Shown: piece by piece, positions 23,305-35,662 of the stretch
Layout of the letters: each line of letters opens with the position of its first letter
Position numbering within the stretch: position 1 is the stretch's first letter
Translations under genes and position numbers: made by a program
Notes under the pieces: generated by a model
What the model saw: the letters and a program-made list of their open reading frames with translations, nothing else
The model's database searches: none
What the model was told of the DNA's origin: nothing
Assembly: GCA_950097015.1 (NCBI GenBank)
Contig: CATNEN010000041.1
Coordinates: forward strand, 3,162,001 to 3,226,000
Origin: Macrostomum hystrix
Lineage: Eukaryota; Animalia; Platyhelminthes
Reading direction: 5' to 3'
DNA length: 64,000 nucleotides

Positions 23305-25600
23305 GCAAGCAGTGTGGGTGCTAGGTAGGTTCTAGTTGAGTTGGCTGAAAGCAGTGTGGGTGCTAGGTAGGTTCTAGTTGAGTTGGCTGAAAGCAGTGTG
23401 GGTGCTATGTAGGTTCTAGTTGAGTTGGCTGCAAGCAGTGTGGGTGCTAGGTAGGTTCTAGGGGAGTTGGCTGCAAGCAGTGTGGGTGCTAGGTAGGTTC
23501 TAGTTGAGTTGGCTGCAAGCAGTGTGGGTGCTAGGTAGGTTCTAGTTGAGTTGCCTGCAAGCAGTGTGGGTGCTAGGTAGGTTCTAGTTGAGTTGGCTGC
23601 AAGCAGTGTGGGTGCTAGGTAGGTTCTAGTTGAGTTGGCTGCAAGCAGTGTGGGTGCTAGGTAGGTTCTAGGGGAGTTGGCTGCAAGCAGTGTGGGTGCT
23701 AGGTAGGTTCTAGTTGAGTTGCCTGCAAGCAGTGTGGGTGCTAGGTAGGTTCTAGTTGAGTTGGCTGCAAGCAGTGTGGGTGCTAGGTAGGTTCTAGTTG
23801 AGTTGGCTGCAAGCAGTGTGGGTGCTAGGTAGGTTCTAGTTGAGTTGGCTGCAAGCAGTGTGGGTGCTAGGTAGGTTCTAGTTGAGTTGGCTGCAAGCAG
23901 TGTGGGTGCTAGGTAGGTTCTAGGGGAGTTGGCTGCAAGCAGTGTGGGTGCTAGGTAGGTTCTAGGGGAGTTGGCTGCAAGCAGTGTGGGTGCTAGGTAG
24001 GTTCTAGGGGAGTTGGCTGCAAGCAGTGTGGGTGCTAGGTAGGTTCTAGGGGAGTTGGCTGCAAGCAGTGTGGGTGCTAGGTAGGTTCTAGGGGAGTTGG
24101 CTGCAAGCAGTGTGGGTGCTAGGTAGGTTCTAGTTGAGTTGGCTGAAAGCAGTGTGGGTGCTATGTAGGTTCTAGTTGAGTTGGCTGCAAGCAGTGTGGG
24201 TGCTAGGTAGGTTCTAGGGGAGTTGGCTGCAAGCAGTGTGGGTGCTAGGTAGGTTCTAGTTGAGTTGGCTGCAAGCAGTGTGGGTGCTAGGTAGGTTCTA
24301 GTTGAGTTGGCTGCAAGCAGTGTGGGTGCTAGGTAGGTTCTAGGGGAGTTGGCTGCAAGCAGTGTGGGTGCTAGGTAGGTTCTAGTTGAGTTGGCTGCAA
24401 GCAGTGTGGGTGCTAGGTAGGTTCTAGTTGAGTTGGCTGCAAGCAGTGTGGGTGCTAGGTAGGTTCTAGTTGAGTTGGCTGAAAGCAGTGTGGGTGCTAG
24501 GTAGGTTCTAGGGGAGTTGGCTGCAAGCAGTGTGGTTGCTAGGTAGGTTCTAGGGGAGTTGGCTGCAAGCAGTGTGGGTGCTAGGTAGGTTCTAGGGGAG
24601 TTGGCTGCAAGCAGTGTGGGTGCTAGGTAGGTTCTAGGGGAGTTGGCTGCAAGCAGTGTGGGTGCTAGGTAGGTTCTAGGGGAGTTGGCTGCAAGCTGTG
24701 TGGGTGCTAGGTAGGTTCTAGGGGAGTTGGCTGCAAGCAGTGTGGGTGCTAGGTAGGTTCTAGGGGAGTTGGCTGCAAGCAGTGTGGGTGCTAGGTAGGT
24801 TCTAGGGGAGTTGGCTGCAAGCAGTGTGGGTGCTAGGTAGGTTCTAGGGGAGTTGGCTGCAAGCAGTGTGGGTGCTAGGTAGGTTCTAGTTGAGTTGGCT
24901 GAAAGCAGTGTGGGTGCTATGTAGGTTCTAGTTGAGTTGGCTGCAAGCAGTGTGGGTGCTAGGTAGGTTCTAGGGGAGTTGGCTGCAAGCAGTGTGGGTG
25001 CTAGGTAGGTTCTAGTTGAGTTGGCTGCAAGCAGTGTGGGTGCTAGGTAGGTTCTAGTTGAGTTGCCTGCAAGCAGTGTGGGTGCTAGGTAGGTTCTAGT
25101 TGAGTTGGCTGCAAGCAATGTGGGTGCTAGGTAGGTTCTAGGGGAGTTGGCTGCAAGCAGTGTGGGTGCTAGGTAAGTTCTAGGGGAGTTGGCTGAAAGC
25201 AGTGTGGGTGCTAGGTAGGTTCTAGGGGAGTTGGCTGCAAGCAGTGTGGGTGCTAGGTAGGTTCTAGGGGAGTTGGCTGCAAGCAGTGTGGGTGCTAGGT
25301 AGGTTCTAGGGGAGTTGGCTGCAAGCTGTGTGGGTGCTAGGTAGGTTCTAGGGGAGTTGGCTGCAAGCAGTGTGGGTGCTAGGTAGGTTCTAGGGGAGTT
25401 GGCTGCAAGCAGTGTGGGTGCTAGGTAGGTTCTAGGGGAGTTGGCTGCAAGCAGTGTGGGTGCTAGGTAGGTTCTAGTTGAGTTGGCTGCAAGCAGTGTG
25501 GGTGCTAGGTAGGTTCTAGTTGAGTTGGCTGAAAGCAGTGTGGGTGCTAGGTAGGTTCTAGGGGAGTTGGCTGCAAGCAGTGTGGGTTCTAGGGGTTCTA
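23305..25600. repeat. 42-bp satellite, ~54 copies (MTSS1 intron 3)
   Basis: Unit gcaagcagtgtgggtgctaggtaggttctag(ttg/ggg)agttggct. It produces the spurious 637-aa minus-strand ORF. Confidence 0.97.
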
Positions 25601-27573
25601 GGGGGTTGGTCAGTCGCAGGTTAATGCACTAGATGGATGGCCTGCACCAAAGTTTTGTCAAAGTTAATTCAAAATGACCCTGGAAAGCAAGTTATCTGAA
25701 ATGGCTCTGAAAACACAAAACGGATGCTTTAAACACATAAAGGAAATTTGCATCTTTGTGACCGCGCAAGCCCGCATAATTACGTAGTAGTGCAGGAAGG
25801 AAGGCAGCGGGCGAACCCAGACTAGACTTTACACTAAGGCTTAGGCGCCATGTGCAGAAAAGAACACCCAGAAAGGATGCAAGCGCTATTGGCCCTAGCG
25901 TCACAGATGCGGCCAAGCAGCCGCCCCCATGACTGCTGCTTTCAAGGAAAAAGCAGCAGCCAGGGCTGAAGCAGAGAAGGTGCAGTGAAGGGAACAACAA
26001 ACACGTCAGCTTTATAGGCCTCGCGCATAGGGCCGGCGAAACAGCAGCATGGGCCGCATTGGCGGGCTGGTGGCTACTGCTCAGATGGTCAGTCCAGTGA
26101 AACTGGTGCACAGAAAGAGGGACTCGGTGCCGAGCAAATAAAGAAACTAAAATAACTTAGCCGGCAATCTCAAATGGACGAGCGCCACAGTTTAGAGCAG
26201 CCAATTAGGCTGGACAGGCGGGCCTCTAATCTGACAGGCGGTCTGAGCTCCACATTGCCCCAGCTTCGACTCCAAGTTTTGCAGCTCACAATGAGACTGC
26301 GAATTCCTGTAGGCTGTCCAGGAAGCAGAGCTCATCTTTCCCAGAATAGCCAGCTCCCTTCCCTCAGTTCTGAACTGCGATTGCGCAATTCGCTAATACC
26401 AACCGAGATGCGAAACATCGACTACTTCGGGGAGTTTCTTCTGGCGGCTGGGAAACGGTAACCGAGCAGCTCGGCTAAGGGGGGAGGACCGATGAACCAG
26501 CAGATAAGGAGCGAGATGAAAGTAGAATTGAGAAACACTGGGCAGCACAGGGCGGACTCGCGGCAGAGTGAGACAAAGGGAGATTGCCGGGCATAATTAA
26601 GAGGCGAAAAAGCAGGCAAGGAAAGTTAAAGCAAGGCTTAACAGCAAGAGCGCTGAAGTCGGATAAAGGCGGAGCGCAGAAGCAGCAAAAAATGAAACAC
26701 TTTCTTGTTGCCCGCAGTGAGCTCAATTTTGAGTCTCCGCATCACTGGAGTCGGCAATCGTAGAACTACCAAGGCACCAAGCGATGCGAAAAGCTTTATT
26801 TTTGCGAAGGATGCGAAATGCAGAGGGAAAGCAAGGCTGAGTGATTGGCTAGGTGCTGGGGCACTGGACTGGAAGCAGAAGACACAGGTGGCAGGGAGAG
26901 AACTCAGCCTTGCGAATGTGCTCATGGTGACAGGGCCAAGGCTATCATTACACACGATAATTGCCGCCTGCGAGGCAGCGCTGGGCAGGAAACAGGGAGG
27001 CAGCGAGCAGGCAATAAAGGCAATAAAACCGAGCTCTCTCCTTAGGCCATGGGTGCAGTTTGAGCCTCAGCTTGAGGGCTTATAAAGTGAAAATGCATAA
27101 AACTCCATGCATTCGAGGGCCAAAAAAGCTGCATAATTTGCTGCACCTTGAGCCTAAGCCGCAGGCGAAACTGCGCTCAGTAAATTATAGCAGGTGCGAA
27201 GAAGACCCTTGCGAGAACGTTAATGAACTCATAGCAGTGAGTAGGCTAAATGTGCTGGCAGGACTCTAGATGGCCCAAAGGAGGAGAAAGTAATGTGGGA
27301 AGAAAGTGGGGAATAGGAAGAATGCAACTAGGACTCCATCCTGCGTCACCTAGCAGGACCCTAGAGGATTTGGAGAGGGAGCGGGGAGCAGAGCCTCAGA
27401 GCCAAGAAATGGTGTTACGTAATCTCCGCTCAGAGACGAGGGCGGGAAACCCAGTCTCGATGTTGGATGAAGCGGCAGGGCAGAGGATTGGGAGACTCGA
27501 TTTCGATCGCTTCCCGCCTGTCCTGGACTGCGAGAAAAAAAATACAACAGCAATTTGCCACGCCCAGTCTCAC

Positions 27574-27658
27574 CCGCTGAAGGCTTTCATGCGACCCTCG
27601 ATAGTCCGCTGCTTCAGGCAGATCCGCGTCAGCGAGGCGCCCATCTCCTTGGTGGAGC
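27574..27658 (-). CDS. MTSS1: MTSS1-like exon 3
   Basis: GSTKEMGASLTRICLKQRTIEGRMKAFSG vs MTSS1 GGTREIGSALTRMCMRHRSIEAKLRQFSS. Bounded by ccgcag| and |GTGAGA; phases 1 and 2 fit both neighbours. Confidence 0.9.
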
Positions 27659-27877
27659 CTGCGGGAGGCGGCGAGTGCGGAACTAATTGATTAAATTAGA
27701 TACTAAAGTAGATACTAGTCCCTTTCAAATACTATCCAATAAACTTACTGCACAAATGTTCCAGAAATATTCTCTTTCATAGCCAACCTCTCTCTTCAGC
27801 GTTCAGAACTCTGACGTTTTCCTTTAACTCTCTTTTGATCATTACCATCTGTTCTATCACTGATCATAACAATCCGT

Positions 27878-28663
27878 TCCATCAATGATCATTACCCTCT
27901 CTGCCATCAATGATCATTACCCTCTCTGCCATCAATGATCATTACCCTCTCTGCCATCAATGATCATTACCCTATGTGCCATCAATGATCATTACCCTCT
28001 CTGCCATCAATGATCATTACCCTCTCTGCCATCAATGATCATTACCCTCTGTGCCATCAATGATCATTACCATCTGTGCCATCAATGATCATTACCCTCC
28101 GTGCCATCAATGATCATTACCCTCTCTGCCATTAATGATCATTACCCTCTCTGCCATCAATGATTATTACCGTCTCTGCCTTCAATGAACATTACACTCT
28201 GTGCCATCAATGATCATTACCCTCTGTGCCATCAATGATTATTACCCTCTGTGCCATCCATGATCATTACCATCTGTGCCATCAATGATCATTACCCTCT
28301 CTGCCATCAATGATCATTACCCTCTCTGCCATCAATGATCATTACCCTATGTGCCATCAATGATCATTACCCTCTCTGCCATCAATGATCATTACCCTCT
28401 CTGCCATCAATGATCATTACCCTCTGTGCCATCAATGATCATTACCATCTGTGCCATCAATGATCATTACCCTCCGTGCCATCAATGATCATTACCCTAT
28501 GTGCCATCAATGATCATTACCCTCTCTGCCATCAATGATCATTACCCTCTCTGCCATCAATGATCATTACCCTCTGTGCCATCAATGATCATTACCATCT
28601 GTGCCATCAATGATCATTACCCTCCGTGCCATCAATGATCATTACCCTCTGTGCCATCCATGA
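27878..28663. repeat. 25-bp minisatellite, ~31 copies
   Basis: Unit ccatcaatgatcattaccctctctg, containing the 10-bp palindrome AATGATCATT. Confidence 0.95.
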
Positions 28664-29827
28664 GCATCAAAGTCTATTTATTTGATGGAAATAAAGGGAA
28701 TTTTCAATTCCGATTCGGTCACAACCGAATTCATGGCGCCGCAACACTCTTGAGGCAGATCCGCGTCAAGACATCAAGGGATTCAGCAAGCAAGTCAAGG
28801 AATTCCTAGGCAAGCTAGAAATTGTCTTTTTTAATATTGCGCACATTCCAGCAAGCCCGAAGCGGAGATGATGTTGAAGTCCGCTATGCCATGCCCGCAG
28901 CAGTAACTTAAAAATGTTTTGTCAGCATCCATCCTCATGATGGGCAAAAAAGTGTTCGACTAAATTAAAAATTGAATAGTCAGCTGGACCATTGGACACA
29001 GCCTGACCTATCCACAGTGTTAGAGGCCCGAATTCTAGGGAATCCCTGTGCTTAGATAAGCAATCTAGCGAAATTGAAAGCTAAAAAGCCGGACATTGTT
29101 TAACAGCTTGCATCCCAGGACAGCAAAAAAGTGACGAAAAACTTTTACAAACTAAACCAAGCCCATTGAATAGAAGCGTTAAAGCTGGGTCCATCCGCAG
29201 GCAACAGCTGGGTGAGGGGTCACTGGACTTGACCTCAGGCCACCCAAGCCTCACCCGCTACTCGCCATCGCTCGCAGAGGAAAGGCTCTCTATATCGAGC
29301 TGAAATGCTTGGCGCAAAGCACAGCCTGGCTCAAAGAGCTTTTTATTGTGCGGGCCAGAGTTGGCCAATGCTCCCGATCTCATTTCCCTGGGTGTCTTTA
29401 CATGAGCAGGCATTCGCTAGCCACGCCAGCCCGCATACAAAAGCACAGGGCTTGTCAACAAAGAGAAACCCCTCCTTTTACTGTGCTCGTGAAAAAAAAG
29501 TAATTTTATGAGTAGCCACAGTTTCGGCTCTCTAAACACGCCAACAAAAACTGGGCGGAAAAGCTTTAAAGCAACGCCAGTGCGTCGCCGCCATCTCGCC
29601 AAGCAGGGCTGCAGGCCCCTCTATCTTGCATAATGCTAGCAGAAAGGCCAATTCCGAAGTGGATCCAGAAAAAATAGGCTGAAAATCATCCATTTCACAT
29701 TCGGCAGCTGCGCAATCAGCAGGGTCGAGTCACTGCATGTGGGACAGGGATGACTGGGAGCGCGGATTACCTGCAGCGCTTATCTCCCCCTAATCCTAAG
29801 ATCTAGAAGTCCCAGCTGGGCTCTCAC

Positions 29828-30180
29828 CATTGGTGCTGGACGCCAGATCCGCGATCTTCTGAAAGGAGTCCAGGAACGCTGAGCTGGCTGTCAGCAGCAC
29901 CCTGTGATAAGCGAGTGTATAATTGCATTAGAACTGAAAAAGCTTAAATAGTAAATAGGTAAAGGACGAGCGTCGCTTACTTAAATGCGCCATTGAGCTT
30001 CTGGGCCTTGACAATGAGTTCCTCATAGAGTGGAATACCAGTCTTCAAGTCGCAAACCAGATTAGTGAAGGAGGCTGCTGTTGAGCTGCACTCATACTCC
30101 AGCTCAGCATAGGAGCAGCGCTGAGCGGACGCCTCAGATATCATTCTGGGAGAGGCAGCGCAGGCTGAGGGAGCATACAT
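29828..30180 (-). CDS. MTSS1: MTSS1-like exons 1 (30180-29981) and 2 (29901-29828), N-terminal IMD helices
   Basis: ELEYECSSTAASFTNLVCDLKTGIPLYEELIVKAQKLNGAFK|VLLTASSAFLDSFQKIADLASSTN vs MTSS1 EKECSALGGLFQTIISDMKGSYPVWEDFINKAGKLQSQLRTTVVAAAAFLDAFQKVADMATNT. 79-bp GTAAG..CAG intron. The five exons total 1812 nt = 603 aa + stop. Confidence 0.88.
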
Positions 30181-32365
30181 TTATTGGATTGAGCGCGATA
30201 GTGTTAAGCATCTGGCACTGAGCCAAAACAGTTGCAAGAAAAATATTTTGGACTGGAGATTTTTGAGCTGTAAGAGTTCTGTCATAACCTATATTATTGT
30301 GTTGTGTTTCTTAATAGAGACAATTACCCAAAATTTGATTTACCTGATTTAGAAATATTGCACATATACAATGAGTATGATTATTCTCCTCTGGCACTTG
30401 CGCTTCCTTAACCCTATATCTTATCTTTATTTCATGGAATATAAAAAGCATTAAAGCAAAGTGCATTTAGTAGGGTGAATAACAATTTATTGGCTTAAAA
30501 GCTCCATAAAAATGTCAATAAAAAATCTAAAAAGTTTCTTAGTTGAAGTCTAAATTATATAGACTGCACATTAGTGAAGCAAAAAATTTCCTATCTTTTT
30601 TGTCAATTTTTGATTCTGGAAATAAAAAATATTCACTACTATTTATCAGCAACTGAAGTACTTAACTACATTTAAAACACATTTATTCTAAAGACAACAA
30701 TACTCTCGCAGATTTCTATTTAGTATTTACAACCCTGGCTTTACAACTTTGTAAAAAATTATATAATCTAACTAATGGTTTATTATTTTAAAAGGAAATA
30801 ATCCTAAAGGTACAGAAGCCTTTAGCCTTCCAATGTTGTGAATATGAACAAAGGAGGGTAAAAATTTAGTATTCATGGTTTACATTTTATATCATCAATA
30901 TCAAGCATATTGAAATGCACATTAAACAGGAATAACATTTATGTATTTACAGGAATGCAAAAATTTTTTTTTTCAGTTGTTTAAATATTTCTTTAGTCAT
31001 AAATTATTTAAAAAAATAAAATTAAAGTTTTTGTAAAGATATTTTTGCTAAGGTTATTGAGAAGATATTGTTAGAAGGAAAATTGAGGTATTTTACATAG
31101 CACACATTACATTAACTAATGTTTTTTTCAAAGTTTAATAAGATATATTAGTCTATATGTTTTTGTTAAGGTATTTATATATTTGATGATAAGGCATATT
31201 AGAAATATGTAGATATAAAAATATTTTAATAACTGGTTTGTGCCCACATAGGAATTTTTAGTACTAACGTAATATAAATTCATTACTACAGTATATAACA
31301 AGTGCAAAAAATGCTAGAGTCTTCCACAGAGCTGCTGTTTGGCTTTGGTCATGTCAATCACTCAATGATTAAATAGTAGACAAAACAAGGAAAAATTATT
31401 TTTGATAAATTATAAAATAAAATAAAAATATTTTATTAGAGTGGGTAAACTTTAAACAGTTAGACATTTTAGGAAATTTTGTCCTAAATCCCTGAAGTGT
31501 TAGGGCCTAGGAAAACATATTAAGAAAAACCTACCAGTAAAAGTGATTTACATTTCAACAGCTAAGAAATTTACAATAAAGTCACGAGTCTTTATAAAGA
31601 AAATATTTAATCACATAAAAAACACTTGATTAGACTATAAATAATTTGGTCAGTAAAAAGCTAGTATCAAGCTAGTTAAAAAAAATTATTATAGCTAAAA
31701 TGTATTTAACAAATTTCTTTACTTCACAAAAGAAAATAACACAAAACAATAGTAGCTAAATGAGGAGCTTGTTTTATAGCAATTTGACAAATGGAAAATC
31801 TATACAGGTTGCTCACTTAATGTTGGTTAGTTTGCTAGCTATTAATAGTTATTTTGCCAAAAAATAACTTATTCTATGACTTCAAAAATTTAAATTTGAT
31901 AATAGCAAAATTGACCTTATCTACTACTTTTCCCTAGAAAATAGCTTAGTGGCTCTTCTAAAAAAAAGTAAAAAAGAAAAACTAAACTAAAAAATCTGAA
32001 AACAGGCCTTGGTTAGAATTTTCTTATACCTATATAGAATGATGCTTTATTTTGTTGCTTAATAATGTATGATCTCCCCATTTGTTGTGGAGATGCTGGG
32101 CACATTTGGCCCATATCTTTTAGATCCTGATTGATGCACTGGCAGGCCATATCTATACATGATTAAATCCTCTGCTACCTATGGACCATCATGCAGCCTG
32201 CAGGTGGGCGATGCTCACACCATCATCACTTTCACCACACACTACACTTGTGCTGCTCAGTGGGCAGGCTCCTTCCAGTCCACTGATTCATTCATTCCTT
32301 TTTTCTTGCTTACTAATCCTTTTAAATAGGCTTAGGCCTACTTTCACCTATTTTAGTACAATTAG

Positions 32366-33053
32366 TAGTGGCAGAGCTTATTCCCATAGTCCTGTGCCGA
32401 TAATTTCAATTTTATCCACACAGATCTGTGCCAATAATTTTCTGCTTATCCACATGGCAGCTTGTATGAATAGGTCTAAAACTCTTTATATAATTATGCC
32501 GTGCTGTTAATTTCAATTTTATCCACATGGTTCTGTTCTTTGAAACAAGGCCCTTTCGGGTTTGAATGTTTTGTTGAACCCTCAAGCCAATAGATCAACA
32601 AAGTTGCCAGTGTGTTATAACTGTGTTCTACATTTCGACCTACACATTCATTAACCGACATTAATGTCATCCTTTTTAATTATTGTAATAACAACTTACT
32701 AAATCTTTTGTCATCGTTACTTGTTTTCATTCAAATTGTATTGACTTAAAAAGTAAGAAGTCTATCAAAGAAAATCATACAAGTCAACCAGCAGAATTCT
32801 AGTCAGCACCAAACTCGTCACACATATTATCACACATCATTGTTATTATTTTACACTATGCATTGATAGTGTACACTATACACTATACTCTAAAGCAAAA
32901 GCAAAATGCTCAGAGAAGAATAGGTAGGGACTTGAAAGTAGACCTATTCGTACAAGCTGCCGTGTGGATAAGCAGAAAATTATCGGCACGGATCCGAGTG
33001 GATAAAATTGAAATTATCGGCCCGGGACCGTGGGAATTTAAGCACTTCCATTA
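32366..33053. mobile_element. MITE-like non-autonomous DNA element with ~105-bp imperfect TIRs
   Basis: 32376-32478 (cttattcccatagtcctgtgccgataatttcaattttatccac...gcagcttgtatgaataggtcta) is the reverse complement, with scattered mismatches, of 32938-33048. No ORF. Exact ends and a TA TSD are tentative. Confidence 0.75.
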
Positions 33054-34841
33054 GTAGTTCAAAGGTTAAAGCATTGTGAACTTGATAAAGAAATTTTTAT
33101 AGGTAGTTTGATTCTTACAAAGAATTTTAATAAATGTATTTATGGCAAACCAAATAGGTATACTCTGCAAAAAATCGCGATAAAAAAATTAAGTTTATTA
33201 TCAATTATTGATGGAGAGGAGTGAGGAGGTGCGCCGAGCCGGTTTATATCTATCAGCGCATTGTTTTTCTACATATTTGAATTGTAATGATAACCCTAAA
33301 AGTTACTTTTCTCTCTCGATGCAAATATATACATACTAAAAAATTACCACTAATTTTTTTTCAAACTTGGAGCAAGTTTTAGTACAATATAAGTTGCATT
33401 AAAGCATGGCGCTTTATTATACACTTAGCTTGATTCTTAGAATATTCAAAAACAGCAAGTTTTTAATCTAAGAATTGTAAAACATAACGTCTACTTTAAC
33501 AGATTTCTTCTGACAGTTTTGATATTTGAAGTCAACTCGATAGGCTCTGACGGTTAAAATGATAAATTTTCGATTTTATGCAAAAATGTCACAATTTACT
33601 TTTAAAATGTATAGCATTCAATGGGACATGCATTCTATAATAAAGTAGAAGGCGATGATAACTCAGTGATTAGGCAGAGAATCTGGATGATATTTTATTT
33701 TAGAGTAGATTTCTTCTGGCAGTTTTGATATTTTAAAGCATTTTGTGCTTAGAAATGCACAAAGTAGTTTTTTGTTTTTATAAATTACTCACTATGCATT
33801 CTTTGGAACTGGAACTGGAACTGGTGCCGAAAAATTGGTCATATAAACATAGCGTCGATCCTAGATGATGTTAGAGAAAGAGATTTCTGTGCATACCAGA
33901 TGTTATACTCAGATGTTATATAGCAAAAATGCATTCTCTTTAATTTGAAACATCATTTTGTTGTCACTTGTCACAGTAGGCGACTAAAGTTTGTTGACAT
34001 TCAGTAGGTTTCCTTGGATTTGTAACAGTCCAGTTCAGCTGAGCATACAGGGTGTGGACTGAAGCTGGAATCAATGCTAGAGAAAATATACTTTTTGTGA
34101 ATAACCTACTTAGAATTAGATGTTATATTACTAAAATGCACTTACTTTAGGTGTAGTAATGCATTTGAAACATCATTTAGTTTTTTCATTTTGCATACAA
34201 AAAATTGTCATTGTCATGCTGACTTGAAATAGGAATTTAAAACCTGGTCACTCTTGATATCTGTTTATACATATTTAGTCTTTGCACTAAGGCCCTAGTG
34301 TTTAGGGATTTTAAGGGTGGCAAGTTGTATTATCGCAATTATGTTCATATGTTCATTTCAAATATTATTTTTATAGCTTTACTAATGTATGACAATACTT
34401 GTGACCAGCTTGTTCTAGTTTACAGCACTGCAAATGTTGTCATATACTATACCCAGATTCCACATGTATGTGTGTCACTTTATTGGCAGCTTAGGTATGT
34501 GTAGGCCCATAGCTAGGGCCTATGGTTGATATCATACATTAGTCACTTTGTATTGTATCTCGAACCAAATATCATTCTTATGACAATAATGCAATAGTGA
34601 GCATGTTTTTTTCTCAAAAATCTACTAAATAAATTAGTAAAGAAATTATTTAAAAACGAATGTGAAACCAAGTTTCTAAGAGCTATGGTCATTGATGTTA
34701 TAATCAATATCAATGCATTCTGTGCTATACTGAACAACTTGTGTCCTTTTGCTATTTACTTAACTCCGAATGCTTCAGTTCAACCAGCTCTTAAAAAGGT
34801 ACCAACATCAGCTATAATCAGGGTAATAACACTCTTTGTCA

Positions 34842-35645
34842 TGAGATAGGGCACCGACTGTATATTTCTTAGAAACGTTTTCCCGCGAAAATCTAGTATT
34901 TTGTTTGAAATTCAACTTTTGTTTAAATGCACTAATTTGTTTTAAAAGCACCTTTTGTTTAAATGCACCGAATAATTATTGTTTGAATGAAGTCGCGGAA
35001 TGGTAGGAGAATTTACTATAAATACACGAGAGAAAACAGGGAGACAGACAACGTGTTAACGTGTTGTATACACATACGTTCTGATAAAGAAAGCTTGAAT
35101 CATTAAAGTGTTCGTGTTAAAGAGTTATTTGAAGAGACATTGCGAAAGAGAGTAATAAGAGTTAAAGATAGCTGTAACTCTAGATCCACTGGAAAGCCCT
35201 ATGAAACGGACTGAAGATTGAAATTGAAGACTGAGCTGAAGACTAAAATTGATGGTTAAACTGAATGATAATTGAAAGACTGATAAAGACGGATAAAGAC
35301 TGATAAAGACGGATAAAGACTGATAAAGACGGATAAAGACTGATAAAGACGGATAAAGATTGATACAAAGTACTTATAGAAATAACACAGTAAAGTTATA
35401 AGCAGAAGGAAATATAGAGGAAAGATACCGGCCATACTGAAAGTATAACGCTACCAGATTGAATACATAACGCTACCAATTTAAATTGAGATAAAGCGAA
35501 TAATTAAAAGACATTCATAAGATTGACAAAAGTATAAAAGGCCTGTAACAACTTTGGTGACAGCAGTAGAAATTAATTTAGACCTACGACAACTTTGGTG
35601 GCATTATTAAAGAGTAATATTGAATTTAGTAAGAGCCCTAGGACA
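34842..35645 (+). repeat. 5' LTR (804 bp)
   Basis: TGAGATAGGG...CCCTAGGACA; TATAAATA at 35017-35024; no difference from the 3' LTR seen by eye. Confidence 0.95.
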
Positions 35646-35649
35646 ACTT

Positions 35650-35662
35650 TGGTGGCAGCGGT
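35650..35662 (+). other. Primer-binding site, tRNA-Leu type
   Basis: TGGTGGCAGCGGT matches the first 13 nt of the complement of the tRNA-Leu(AAG/UAG) 3' end as known from other animals (TGGTGGCAGCGGTGGGAT). It lies 4 nt after the LTR end. The host tRNA sequence was not checked. Confidence 0.8.

Noticed and set aside
23205-25118. 637-aa (LLAANSTRTYLAPT)n ORF
   Set aside because: Product of the 42-bp satellite in MTSS1 intron 3; no non-repetitive domain and no splice support.
25790-26900. Possible ancient LINE RT remnant (GRKAAGE, RIPVGCPG, IDYFGEFLLA)
   Set aside because: Only faint motif resemblance across stops and frames; needs a profile-HMM/tBLASTn search, so not called.
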